A stretch of DNA of 63,969 bases, the filler included, from Licmophora abbreviata (taxonomy: Eukaryota): assembly GCA_900291995.1 (NCBI GenBank). It is 19 parts of 19 records of this genome, joined end to end, with 100 filler letters (N's around TTAATTAATTAA, not from the genome) between each part and the next. Parts side by side here need not be neighbours in the genome. Positions count along the whole stretch, not along the records: positions 11,335 to 12,980 come from OLMU01000625.1; positions 13,081 to 14,278 come from OLMU01000626.1; positions 14,379 to 26,015 come from OLMU01000627.1; 16 more parts are not named here. One strand, given 5' to 3'. The notes below the pieces were generated by a model that searched no databases, was not told the DNA's origin, and saw nothing but the letters and a program-made list of their open reading frames with translations. Below are positions 11,389-22,989 of this stretch, piece by piece; position 1 is the stretch's first letter; the number at the start of each line of letters is the position of its first letter. A program made the translations under genes and the position numbers.

Positions 11389-12451
11389 ATGTTTGCCACC
11401 ACTGCAGCTCTTCGTGTGACGTCTCGTCGTCTCGCATCCACCCGCAGGACTTTTGCGGTAGCTGCCGTACGATCGGCTGCCAAAGAGGGATCCTCAGCTC
11501 GTATTGTCGCCCCCGTTTTGGCCGCCGCTGGCCTGGCCTTGGGTGCGGCAACGTTTGCGTGCGAGGTAAGTGGTTATGGGGTGTTGTTATCAAGAATGCA
11601 ACCGACGACTACGGTGAATGGGATGATACTAACGCTATTACTCTTTCTCACTCGCCATGACTAATTTAAAACTCAAGGAGACTACTTGCAGCTTCATTGG
11701 AAGCAAGTCGGTAGAGGAAGCGGTCAAGACGACGGAACGCAAGTTTGGCACGTACTGGCCTCGCAACATTATGATCTTGTTTGGAGCTCCAGGAGCCGGA
11801 AAGGGTACGCAAGCTCCCAAGATTGAAGACATGCTGGGCATTCCGCAGCTTTCCACGGGGGACATGTTGCGAGCTGCCGTCGCGGCACAGACCGAAGTGG
11901 GCAAGAAGGCGCAAGCCGTAATGAAGGCGGGTGGTTTGGTGTCGGATGATATTGTTGTCGGTATCATCAAGGATCGTATCACGGAAGAGGATTGCATGCA
12001 TGGCTTCATTTTGGATGGATTTCCTCGTACGTTGGCTCAGGCCACAGCCTTGGACGCCATGTTGACGGAAGAGGGTGCGCGCGTGACCAAGGTGATTGAG
12101 TTGGAGGTGCCTGATTCAGTCTTGGAGGAGCGGATTTGTGGACGATGGATTCACAAGAAGAGCGGACGAAGCTACCACGTCAAGTTTGCGCCTCCCAAGA
12201 GTATGAAGATGGGCGCCGATGGCAAACCCGCTCCGGAAAGCATGACGGATGACGAGACGGGCGAGCCGCTCATGCAACGTCCGGACGACACGGCAGCAGC
12301 TCTGGTAAAGCGATTGAAAGCCTACCACAACGAAACTGTCCCTATCCTCAAGCACTATCAGCCAGACGGTATTGTCCGACAAGTCAATGCCAATCAAGGT
12401 ATGGACGGCGTCTGGAAGGAGATCTTGGATGCGTTGAGGCGAAAAGCTTAG
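11389..12451 (+). CDS. adk: Adenylate kinase with a mitochondrial-type presequence
   Basis: P-loop GAPGAGKGTQ, STGDMLR, GFILDGFPRT, LID region and QRPDD. Arg/Ala-rich leader MFATTAALRVTSRRLASTRR. Intron 11566-11677. Confidence 0.95.
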
Positions 12452-12558
12452 GGGAGAGCCGATCGACATTAATTACTACTTGTAGTCGTCACAATTGTCT
12501 GTCCTATCTAGAGAGAGCTATGATGTGTTCGGGTTGCAGCAGATCAGACTAAGGTTAG

Positions 12559-14278
12559 CTAGCTTTCGTCGACATGTTCGTCGTTTCTGCCAAGTAGGCG
12601 TTTGATTAGCCTCCGTATCCTTGACCTTAGCGTCGTGGTACTTTGCTTTAGCTGAAGAAGCGGAGCCTTGACGAATCGCGCCAGCATATCACCAAGGTGC
12701 TTCCAATTCGGGAGCTGGATTTTCCCCGTTTCCAGACCTTGCTGCACAAGCCCGGCAAGAAATCCCAGCACAGCACCCGCGAGAATGAGCGTCAACTCAT
12801 CCTCTTCAAATATCGGGTGAAGGACTCGCTCAAACTGAGCACTCGTCATTCCTTCCATACTTATTCGCAAGCTTTCCTCCAACCCCAACGTCTTGTCAAT
12901 GTATTTGTGCAGCACGCCAATATGCTCTGGCAATCGGCCCATGGCCGTGGCGGTAGCTGCCGCAACTACTTGGGGTTCCANNNNNNNNNNNNNNNNNNNN
13001 NNNNNNNNNNNNNNNNNNNNNNNNTTAATTAATTAANNNNNNNNNNNNNNNNNNNNNNNNNNNNNNNNNNNNNNNNNNNNCCCCGCGTGACTCTCTTCAG
13101 AAACGTCTGAAAGTGCTCTGTAAATAGTTTCTGAAATGCCGGTGTCGTGGCGGGGTCCGTCAATACCGAGTGCCAGACCTTTTCGCTCGTCAAGATGCTA
13201 TTGGCAAAGAATCGCGAAAACTCCTTTGCGACTTCTCGTTGACGCCGGAGGAACTGTCCTTGTAAAATAAAGGGACCAATCTTGGTGGGATTCACTGGTT
13301 CAAAGATCCATTTCAATGCCAACCAGTTGGTTGCCAGTCCGACAATGCCACCGCCGATACTCAAACTCCACGGGTTGTCCCAAAACAGTGCGACAATCAT
13401 TTGAATCATCCCCAACAAAAAGCCAAACCACAATCCACTGTTGGTGAGAAAGTCAAGTTCCTTTTGACCACACAATCGAAAGAGTTGTCCCAGGAGCCTT
13501 CGATCCTCCAGCATTTGTTCGACGACACAGTCGCGTAGATTGAAGATGGATCGAATGTTATGCTGCAGACTGGCAGAAAGGTTTGTCAAGAATTCCAAAT
13601 TGTAAAGTTTCAGAATAGCCTGCTGATCGAGGGAGAGTCCATCGAACAGCATAGTGGGCACATCGGAGAGCCACTGAAAGGGAAGCAAATCATGGAAGAC
13701 TTCTTTTCCAAGCTTGGGAACCTCGGGAGCCAGCAATTGTGCCATTTTTCGTGGATTGAGTCTCCCAAAGACCTCTTCGATACTGAGTAGCTGCGTTGTG
13801 ACCATGGTTACCATGGTTTCCGACATTCTCCGAGTCTTGCAGGGCACAATGCCCTGCCATCCGAGAAGTCCCAGAGGACTTTCGTCTCGTACATAGATTG
13901 GTATTCCACGAAAGTGAATGGGATAGAAAATCATTTGAACTGCCAACCAGTTGGTGAACCAACCGACCAAGGCCGCAACGCAAGGAATCAAGAGGTATGT
14001 GCCAGGTCTTGCACGGAACTTGTGAATGGCTTTTCGAAAGGGATTTTGTTTTGTCTGGTTGACAAAGAGGAGTGTGAGATGGAGTGTGTGTGAGACAAGG
14101 TTAGGATGCATGAGGACTGCCCGTTTTGTTGCTGATCGTATAGTAAGTTTGTTGAACGCACCGGGGCCTCATCGTCCGCGTCCTCCTTGGTCTTCAGTCG
14201 ACGAGAAGATGTATACCGTCGGTGTATGGATCCAAAGTCGTCGTCAAACGTGTGAAACCTAGAACGTCGAATGCTTCT
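12559..14278 (-). CDS. DUF445/UPF0754 membrane protein (5' end runs into a gap; internal linker)
   Basis: VGWFTNWLAVQMIFYP...GWQGIVP, a second repeat GLATNWLALKWIFEP, and C-terminal FERVLHPIFEEDELTLILAGAVLGFLAGLVQ. Confidence 0.8.
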
Positions 14279-14381
14279 NNNNNNNNNNNNNNNNNNNNNN
14301 NNNNNNNNNNNNNNNNNNNNNNTTAATTAATTAANNNNNNNNNNNNNNNNNNNNNNNNNNNNNNNNNNNNNNNNNNNNACC

Positions 14382-15577
14382 ATGACGATGCTGTCGACAA
14401 CGAAGGTTCTGCAAAAGGTGACAGCCCGTGTCTTTTGTAGGCCAGGCATCTCCTCCAAGAGGGTTGATAGTGGTGGAAATCCCGTGACGATATTTTGGAT
14501 GCATCGTCCTGATGAAAATGATGGTGATACTACGCCGACTACTACTCGTAGTGCGCTCCATCAGCAACAACAAGAACTCGCGCGTTCCTGTGAGTGGGAA
14601 AGTGTCATGGTAGTATCACCTCCCTCCTCCTCTGGGAACAAGGGTGCGTCATCCGGTAGTAATAAGAGAAGGAGTAGTCCCCCCACTCTGTATTTTTACA
14701 TGCCGTCGGGAGAACAAGTCAGTTTCTGTGCGCATGCTGCAATGGGAGCCGCTCATGTTTTGGAACGGCGGATGGCGGCAGACAGTACGACGACAGCATC
14801 ATCCTCATCGACTTTGGGGCATTCTACAGTAGAGATGCAACCAGCCATGATGACACACGACAACAGCCTCACGGCACTGGTGAAGAGTGTCGCTACTGAT
14901 AGTACAACTTCCGAGGTAGGACTCCAGATGTCTACGTCTACGAAGAAGAATCAATCCTAGGGTCTTTTCCCGAGAATCATGTATCGAAGCTCTTATCGGA
15001 CATTGGTGTATCTCCAAAAGATCTTTCGTCGACGTACCCCATCGTCAATGCCTCCGTGGCTCGACCCAAGACGCTCATTCCCATGTCTTCGGTAGAAGCC
15101 GTACACGCTGCCACGCCACCACCTACTAGGGGCGCATCCTTTCGTGACTCCTGCGATGCAATTCACACTACGGGATTGTACCTCTATGCCAGAAGAGACA
15201 GCGGGAAAGATCCACGACGACACGAGTACGAATGCCGACAGTTCCCACGAGCGTCTGGCTATGCAGAGGATCCTGCGACCGGCATTGCGGCAGCAGCGCT
15301 CGCTGTACACGTCGAGCGAAGTCGCACAATAGAACACACTGCGCAATCACACGGACAAACACACAGTCCGCATTCGGCTTCATCATTGGCGATCGACTAC
15401 GATATTTACCAAGGAACCGCCATGGGACGGCCTTCTCTAATTCGAATACGAGATCTCCAGTTTGACAATCACGGTCCTTGTACGAATCGCAATAACGTCG
15501 ACGAGTCATCACCACAAGCTCACTTCGTGTCCTGGGGCAATGTGCAAGTCGATACGAATCAATTCATCGAGGTGTAA
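14382..15577 (+). CDS. PhzF/DAP-epimerase-like (PhzC-PhzF family) protein
   Basis: GGNPVTIF, EQVSFCAHAAMGAA, EDPATGIAAAAL and QGTAMGRPSLI. The frame changes near 14925; the alternative frame reads VYVYEEESILGSF...NASVARPK continuously. Confidence 0.8.
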
Positions 15578-15659
15578 TAATAATAAGAATAGAGGAGCAG
15601 CATTGACGAATGTCTCAAACCTACCTACTACAGAAAGCCGTATTGTACGGCTGACTCTA

Positions 15660-16711
15660 TCACGCGACCTTGTTGGTCTTGATTTCAAAGATCAATTCAT
15701 AAAAGCTCGTGACGCCCTGACTCAAATACCATTCCTTTGACTCCGGTCTTTCTTGAAATTCGTCGACTTCCTGAATTACCTTTACAGACTCCACCCAATC
15801 TTGTCCCTCATAGAGTCTTCGCATCTCTTGCTCGGGAATCGAAAAGGGCGGACCCTTACGAATAGCTTCCGGTGTCCCAGTCCGTCGTTCAAACGTCGAA
15901 ACCAACATGGTCCCACCCGGCTTGAGCAATCTACCCATGACGCCCACATAGGCCTCCCTCATGTTAGGTTCAATCGCCACAATCGAGGCACGATCCCATA
16001 TCGCATCAAACTTGCCTCCCGTAGCATTTTCCTCCAACTCAAAGAAATCACCCTTGAGCAACACGATATTCTTGCCCTCGAGGCGTTCATACTTTGTGTT
16101 GCCGGAAATTGTGGAGGAGACATCCTTGATTTCCAAATCCTTCTGTTCGTCCACAAACTCATCCAACGCCTTGCGAATCCCATCGACACCCACGACGGTG
16201 TCGACCTGCGGATGCTTTGCCAAGAAGGCCATGTCGACCGTTTTGCCACACAGCGGGACGAGGACTCGAATGCCACCCCTATCGTCAGCTTCTTTGCTGC
16301 TGCTGCTGCTGCAAACCTTTTTATCGTTCGTGTCAAAGTCAGGAACAATCAAGTTTCCAAAGGCAAGGAGCGATTTGTGGACAGCCGTCGTATGCCACCC
16401 GAGCTGATTCTCGCTCCACTGATGTGATGCACGATGAAAACGTCAGAGCAAGAGATGAATAGACGAACGTAAAAAGAAACGTGACACTTCGCTCATATAA
16501 TAATACTTCTTACACGTTTGGACCATTTCGACAGCCGATGGTGACTTTCGTCGGCAGGACGACACGCCGCGGCCGCCGACTCATCATTGTTCGAATTGAG
16601 GTTTGAAGCGGCAAATGCTTCCGTGTCCGACGTCATAATGGAAACGAGGAGGACAATTAAAGGAAGAATGGAAAGCAGGATGGAATGAATGCTTCGATCG
16701 GAGGATCGCAT
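15660..16711 (-). CDS. Thiopurine S-methyltransferase (TPMT) family protein with an N-terminal signal peptide
   Basis: Spliced KWSKR|WSENQLGWH, then RVLVPLCGKTVDM, GDFF, FDAIWDRASIVAI and GPPFSI. Intron ~16419-16513 (GTAAG...CAG). Confidence 0.88.
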
Positions 16712-16818
16712 GTCGATTGCGTGTTGTGGTGATTTATGGATTCACTCTGCTGATGGGCGGCGGCGATGGCGGCGGCGAAGTTCAAAGTGACGGATGCGTC
16801 CTGAATCCGGGTTTTTAA

Positions 16819-16852
16819 ACTCGACTCGACTCGACTCACTCGACTCGACTGA
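16819..16852. repeat. (CTCGA)n pentanucleotide microsatellite upstream of TPMT
   Basis: ctcgactcgactcgactcactcgactcgact is directly visible. Confidence 0.7.
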
Positions 16853-17394
16853 CTCCCTCAAACGTGCTCTTCTTCCTATAAGAGACGGAACGAAGCAACG
16901 ATCGTTGACCATTGCGACCGGGTGGTTGGTCCCTCCGGATCGCTGTGGTCCTGCAGTATTTGCGAGCTCCTACGACACACTTCCCACCCGTATGAGCTTT
17001 CACCATGAGCTTTCCCGGCTTCGCATTAGCTAGACTTGTAAGTAGCTATGATAGACTTTATGACGATATCTATTGTAGTTACCAATCTATCTCCAGTGTT
17101 GATGGTCCCAATGGTGACGATGACCTCATGTAGGAATCGTATCATTCACAATTGACACGGTGTTGGTTATGAACATCTGGTAGTCGTGAACGTTCGTCCA
17201 TTGAATCGGACTTTCCAATATTGTACAAAGTCTTGATGCGAATACCCGCGCAGTCAGCAGCTTGTGCTCCAGCTTCCCATTTCGCATTCAACTTCGGAGT
17301 CGAATTCAGCTGACAAACTATAGTCAATCACTTGCCAGGAATCGTTGAATTGGACAAAGTCACTCCGGACCGTAGAACCGGAACCACCAACGCT

Positions 17395-18264
17395 CTACCA
17401 CACTTTGTCGGCGTCCATCTTGGTTCCACCGCTCAGCTTTTTGACGAAACAAAAACGTTTAGTGTTAGTTTACACGAGAAACAGTAATCGGTATTCCTTC
17501 TTTCCTTTTCCTATCCTTCCTATCCTTCGTATTCATGTTACTGTACCTGATCCGGTCTCATATACTCGCTTGCTACCACAATGTAAAAGGCCGTGTATCG
17601 AAAGTAGGCCAGGAGTGCTAGCCTTGCCCCCTCATCGCCAACGAGCACAGAATGTTCGTGTATTGCACCAGCCATATGCTCCACCCATCTCTCTGCAGCT
17701 CTGTTTCCTATATTGTAATTGGCATGCCGCCCCACCAGTCGAGTGTACTTGCCCTTCTTTTGTCTGTCGTGAGTGGCATATAATGGACGGATGATAAGAT
17801 AAGACTCTTTGCAGCGCGACAATGTATCTGCCTGTCATCGTTCTTCGTACCTGTAGAGATCCGGTCCACCAAAGGTCTGAACAAAGTATTGATACTATGG
17901 TCGAGAACGATGACAACAAACCGATGGGTCGTCAGTCTCTTCGCAGTCATATACACGCAGACAGACTCGCAGAACCGAATTTCAATCTTACTTGATTGTC
18001 AATAGCTTCTTGCTTGGTACTACTCGAAAATATATTCAAAAACCACGCGCCCTCTGTCTTGTCTGCAAAGACACGATCGTAAAAAAGTTTGGAGAGCTCC
18101 AGGCATCCGTCGTTGCCGCCCATGCGGTCGTACATGCTACATTTTATCGCTTGTGTACTACTACTACTACTACTACTACTAGCAGCAGAAGTTGCCACGA
18201 GAGACTCTTCGTAGGTCACGCCGGACAGCTCGTAGGCAGCCTGCTGCAGTGCTTGTTTGGACAT
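17395..18264 (-). CDS. 2-on-2 (truncated) hemoglobin, plant GLB3-like, 4 exons
   Basis: LSKLFYDRVFAD..WFLNIFSSSTKQEAIDNQ|YQYFVQTFGGPDLYR|QKKGKYTRLVGRH...AAERWVEHM...YFRYTAFYIV...DQ|LSGGTKMDADKVW*. Three GT-AG introns reconstruct in frame. Confidence 0.88.
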
Positions 18265-18669
18265 TGACACTTTATATTACAGACGAGGAGGAGGGACCTG
18301 CGGCGTCGTTCAATCTTGTGCCCTGTGTATACACATGGTGATGTGCCATCCGAAAGGTTTGGGTTTTGCGGCGCGCCAAAACTTCCAGAAGCTCGCGCTC
18401 GCCGTATGTATTTGTGTAATGTGGAGCTCGCGTGGGGCTTTCTTCAAAGTAAGTCAGTCGAGTGAGTCGATTTTCATCATACAAAAGGCGCGCCGCGGTA
18501 AAAGGTTTACTCGTACTCCGGAGTAGAAGCTAAAAACATCATGCGGCTCACAACGCACTTTCAACTTCCTCTTTTCGTTGCTGAGCGGTGATTGTTGTGT
18601 CTCCAGCGTCAGTGCTGCTCGTTCTTTCCTTTGTTTCTTTCTCTCTATTAATCTTATTACCTCCTTCGG

Positions 18670-21069
18670 ATGTATTCTCAGTTCAGTCAATACAGCAGTA
18701 GTGGCAGTGGCGAGTCCTATCCACATCCCTATCAACAACAACAAAACGTAGTAACGACTACCCAGCAGCAGCAATCGGGACTCACATGGAATGGTACTGC
18801 GTGGGTGTCTACTATTCCGACCACAGTGCAACCGACGCATGCGAGCAGCAATACAAACAACGCCTACAGTTTCTATTCCACTACTGCTGCTCCTTCTACT
18901 ACAACTCATTCTGTCAAAAATTCCAATTTGATTTCTTTGTATACACAGTATTACAACGAGTACACGAAATTAGCACACGAATGTCAGCAACATTCTTCAT
19001 CCCAAAATGACGAACAAGGACGACGGGCCGCGTGGTATCAGCACTACGCTCATCAAGCATCGGCGGCAGCACACTACTACAATGGAAGCGCTGCTAATAC
19101 GAATACAGGACCTCCACAGCTTCCCCCGGCGCCGCCGACTCTGAGCAATGGCGCTGCACCGACAACGATACCTACAGCACCGAGTGCCTCCTCAGGGATT
19201 CAAACTCACAATTCCAATACGGTTAAACCTAACTCTGTCACGTCGTCATCGTCATCCGCGACTGTCGCACGTCCTGCTGTTGTTGCTGCTGCTGAAACTG
19301 AAATTGACCAAAAAGATTCATCCTCCGACGCATCACCGGATTCCCTCCGACGCTTTGTACACCGGTGTTTATTGACATGTTCGTCATCTCAGCAAGAACA
19401 ATCTCTCATGCAAGAGAAGATCCAGCTCATCATTGCACAGGCCATTCAAACAAACACTCTGCACACGACCGATTGGGATGCGAAACCGGTGATTCTGCTG
19501 TCGTCTCCGTCTGTGAAAGGTAATATTGCTAGTGGGGCAGTCGTCTCGCAAGATCGTAAGATAAAGCGGGAGTGGGATAGTGGATCGACCAGAGGTGGTG
19601 GCGCTTACTATGGACCAGCGGCGACGGTGGAAAGTACTCCGAACGCCTTTACTTCTAGCGGCGCGACGGCTCGTCCGAAAAGGGTAAAGAGGGAGTGGGA
19701 TACTGGTGGCGTCGCTGAAGGGTCGACAACGACGAGTAGTAAGATCCACTACGGTGATAACTACAACCAGAATGCGCCAGATTATGCACCGCGTGCTACC
19801 ATCGCCAGTGGTGGCGGCCCGATGCCGACGAGTTACTATGGTCCAAGCAACTCCTACGGTACAGCGACGGAACACACGATTAACATGGAAGACACTTCCA
19901 ACAGGAAGACAAAGAAGAAGAAAAAACAAAAGACGACGCCATCGATCAAGGCTAAAAAAATGGCTGATCGGCGCATAGTTTCGCTGGATCCGAATGATGA
20001 CTTTGTATCGCTGGTGCGTCCATCGAAGAAGGCGAAAATGGAGGCATTCAAGGGTCTGAAGCAGTCCTCGGCGGCCTTGCTTAAGCGTGCAAATCGGTTC
20101 TCGGGTCCGGGAGGAATTCAAGAGTCGTCGGCGTTGTTATCATCGTCGAGGGTGAATGAGGACGTTGCCAAGTACATGGGCATGGGCTTTATCGGAGGTA
20201 AAACAAAACAGCTTGACGAATCCGATTACGAGCAGATGAAGGTCAAGGGTACGTGTACGACACTGGAAAAGGACTACCTTCGTCTCACGGCACCACCGCG
20301 GGCAGAGTTGGTACGGCCTCAATCTATACTGAAACAGCATTTACAGAATCTTAAGAATCTTTGGTGGAAGGAAGACGCCAACGACAGCAGTACGCGCAAA
20401 GATTATGAATGGTTCTGTTCGCAGCTAAAATCGATTCGGCAGGATTTGACGGTACAACAGATTGTGGATTCGTTTGCGGTGGACGTTTATGAGACTCATG
20501 CGCGTATTGCGCTGGAGGAAGGAGACCTGAATGAGTACAACCAGTCCCAGACACAGCTTCGTGAATTATACAGGACAATTCCTGACTCGACTCATGGCAA
20601 CGAATTCGTTGCGTATCGTATCCTTTACTATGTATTCCTGACAGGCAACAAAAAGTACCAAGAGGGCTCGAAAGACTTGTTTCAGATAATGTTACACCTT
20701 AGTGCGAATCAGCAACAGGATGCGAGTATTGCTCATGCTCTCCAAGTTCGTGTGGCTGTGGCAGAGTATGACTACCACGCCTTCTTTCGCTTGTATAAGG
20801 AATCTCCAACGTCACACGGTGTCTACCTGATGAACTGCATGGTGCCCGGTGTACGACAGTCGGCCCTGCATCGCATTGCAAAGGCATATAGGCCAAGCGT
20901 TGAGACCGTGTTTGCTCTGGCAGAGCTCGGATTTGGACCTGACCAACTCGACGACGGAAGAAAGTACCTAGAGAGTTGCGGTTGTAGCATCGAAGGAGAG
21001 TCTATCATGACAAAGGACAGTGTGATTCACGAAAGTGACTTGAAAGACAAGAAGAGTTCTCTGATCTGA
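18670..21069 (+). CDS. SAC3/GANP/THP3 (LENG8-like) PCI-domain protein
   Basis: VKGTCTTLEKDYLRLTAPP...VRP...CSQLKSIRQDLTVQ...VYETHARIALEEGDLNEYNQSQTQL...EFVAYRILY; low-complexity Q/S/Y-rich N-terminus. Confidence 0.92.
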   Translation: MYSQFSQYSSSGSGESYPHPYQQQQNVVTTTQQQQSGLTWNGTAWVSTIPTTVQPTHASSNTNNAYSFYSTTAAPSTTTHSVKNSNLISLYTQYYNEYTKLAHECQQHSSSQNDEQGRRAAWYQHYAHQASAAAHYYNGSAANTNTGPPQLPPAPPTLSNGAAPTTIPTAPSASSGIQTHNSNTVKPNSVTSSSSSATVARPAVVAAAETEIDQKDSSSDASPDSLRRFVHRCLLTCSSSQQEQSLMQEKIQLIIAQAIQTNTLHTTDWDAKPVILLSSPSVKGNIASGAVVSQDRKIKREWDSGSTRGGGAYYGPAATVESTPNAFTSSGATARPKRVKREWDTGGVAEGSTTTSSKIHYGDNYNQNAPDYAPRATIASGGGPMPTSYYGPSNSYGTATEHTINMEDTSNRKTKKKKKQKTTPSIKAKKMADRRIVSLDPNDDFVSLVRPSKKAKMEAFKGLKQSSAALLKRANRFSGPGGIQESSALLSSSRVNEDVAKYMGMGFIGGKTKQLDESDYEQMKVKGTCTTLEKDYLRLTAPPRAELVRPQSILKQHLQNLKNLWWKEDANDSSTRKDYEWFCSQLKSIRQDLTVQQIVDSFAVDVYETHARIALEEGDLNEYNQSQTQLRELYRTIPDSTHGNEFVAYRILYYVFLTGNKKYQEGSKDLFQIMLHLSANQQQDASIAHALQVRVAVAEYDYHAFFRLYKESPTSHGVYLMNCMVPGVRQSALHRIAKAYRPSVETVFALAELGFGPDQLDDGRKYLESCGCSIEGESIMTKDSVIHESDLKDKKSSLI

Positions 21070-21543
21070 CCCCCGTGTTCTTCTGTATGTGTTTTTTTGT
21101 TTGCACCTTTTGTCGTTGCGGTCAACGTGGTAGAGTCATTGAAGTGTTACGGTTGATTGGAAAAAACGAGCATGAAGACGGCTCGCGTTACTTCGGAAAT
21201 TTCGCTTTGTCACCGTGGAGTACTGACTCCATCGTTAACGCGTGACAACTGTGTGGAATTGTCCGACACGATGTTCATGGATCATCATTATATCTCAGTT
21301 TTTTATGCTTCAGCTTTTGGATCGCACGTGGTGAGTCGACATTACTACAGTGTCATTTCTAGACGAGTCTTTGCAACAACATCGGTGGAACACCTTTGGC
21401 GAGTAGTCCTAGATTGGGAGAATCAAGTCTCTTGGTTGCTATGATGGACGAAAGCCTCTTCTGCCGATGCATATCGGATTGCTGGGATCTTGTTTATCGT
21501 ATGCTAGTACATTATTAGACATTTTGTTAACTCCAGAATGCTA

Positions 21544-22671
21544 TTATCGTAGTTGTGTCTGCAACAGGTGCAAGGCAGCAGCCCACGATTTCCTTGCAGA
21601 ATCCTCTTGATATCGAAAGGAAGGATTGGGATTGAAATCTTGCGCTGGATTCGTAAACCCATGCTTTGTCTCTTTGCAGGACAGTACCTCAGCAGCAATA
21701 CCATGGTGAACAAAGGTGGCGACTGCAGTCTCCAAGCTTTGTTTCGAAACGAAAGGATCCTCCTCTCCGTTGCAAATGAGTACGCGACACCTACAATCGG
21801 AATCTGCGTCGCCGATGCTTCTTTTTGTGGAAGACGGAGGCACACCATCAAAGACGCCATGAAAGGTTACCATGGCTTGCATTCCAGTCTGCTGCATACG
21901 CCCCAACTCCAGGATGGAGTGACCACCCAGACACCAACCCAAGGCGGCGAGATTCGTGCGATCGACATTTGGTTGCGCCAAGAGAGCGTCGAGTGCCGCT
22001 TGAAGACGATTCTGCAAATGCACACGGACGCCATCCCCGTCTCGAGGCTCCAGTACAAACTCACGGGCTGCACTATACTGTGTGCGATCAGAACTCCAGC
22101 CCCAACCAATGTCGTCGGACAGAATGTCCGCAATGAAGACAATTGCACCGTGCGGAAACACCTCCTTGTTCGATACGAGGGCATCGGCTTTCCACAGCAA
22201 GGATACATCGTGGGGTCCAGCTCCTGTGTGAAACAAGAGAATCCCGGGTACTTTGGCGTCCTTGTTTGTACCAGAGTCTATGCGACGAACGATATGTCCG
22301 TATAGCAGCGATGTTCCTTCAGTAGGGGCATTGGCGTCGTTGTAAGTCACTTGCGAATGCTCGGGGAGACAATCATCTGTTAGCTCCTCATTGTTCCAAG
22401 CGATCTGAACGGCTCGGGCATAATTTTCATCCTTGGCCATCCGAGGAGATCCATGAACAAGCTTTGTAGGATCCACGTCTCGAAATTGTGGTCGCAGGAG
22501 ATCCCAGCTCGTCGTCATCCTGTCTGTCGGAGCGGCGGGGCAAACTGCTGACGATCTGGAGATGACAGTAGGATTACGGCGCACTATGGAAAAGGCTCCG
22601 CTGCCTCTGGAGAGCAATCGCAGGTATGGAAAGAGAACCAAACGACTATGAATACTGAAACGCATATGCAA
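21544..22671 (-). CDS. Dienelactone hydrolase-family alpha/beta hydrolase
   Basis: Nucleophile elbow GWCLGG, plus TFHG, CNGEEDPFV and KHGFTNP. Confidence 0.85.
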   Translation of the reverse strand: MHMRFSIHSRLVLFPYLRLLSRGSGAFSIVRRNPTVISRSSAVCPAAPTDRMTTSWDLLRPQFRDVDPTKLVHGSPRMAKDENYARAVQIAWNNEELTDDCLPEHSQVTYNDANAPTEGTSLLYGHIVRRIDSGTNKDAKVPGILLFHTGAGPHDVSLLWKADALVSNKEVFPHGAIVFIADILSDDIGWGWSSDRTQYSAAREFVLEPRDGDGVRVHLQNRLQAALDALLAQPNVDRTNLAALGWCLGGHSILELGRMQQTGMQAMVTFHGVFDGVPPSSTKRSIGDADSDCRCRVLICNGEEDPFVSKQSLETAVATFVHHGIAAEVLSCKETKHGFTNPAQDFNPNPSFRYQEDSARKSWAAALHLLQTQLR

Positions 22672-22989
22672 TGAAACGTTCGAAGCTTCTCAGGCAATTT
22701 TGTTACTAAGCAGTCTCTCTGCTCAACTTTGAACTTGCGGGGTGTCGGGCGGAATGAATTTCATTCGAAGAAAACAAACGTCATTCGATCATCTTGGAAA
22801 TGTCACAGTCATTGTGGGAGTACCGGATGTTAAGTATTCATAGTGGGTACCCGGAAAACGGTCTTTGCAGCCACACTCTCCCTGGAACGACGAGAAGAAT
22901 CGCACAACACACGGCATCATCCATGCTCTGACCGCATTGGTATAGCATTGCTTTCAGTCCTACACACAGAGAGTCTCTTCTGCTGAACC

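Noticed and set aside
17040..17390. Short ORF-like stretch between TPMT and the globin
   Set aside because: There is no recognisable motif; it is most simply the globin 3' UTR or intergenic sequence once the last globin exon is accounted for.
18157..18181. (CTA)n runs here and at ~5567-5590, and (GA)n at ~235-251
   Set aside because: Ordinary microsatellites encoding poly-Ser or lying in non-coding DNA.
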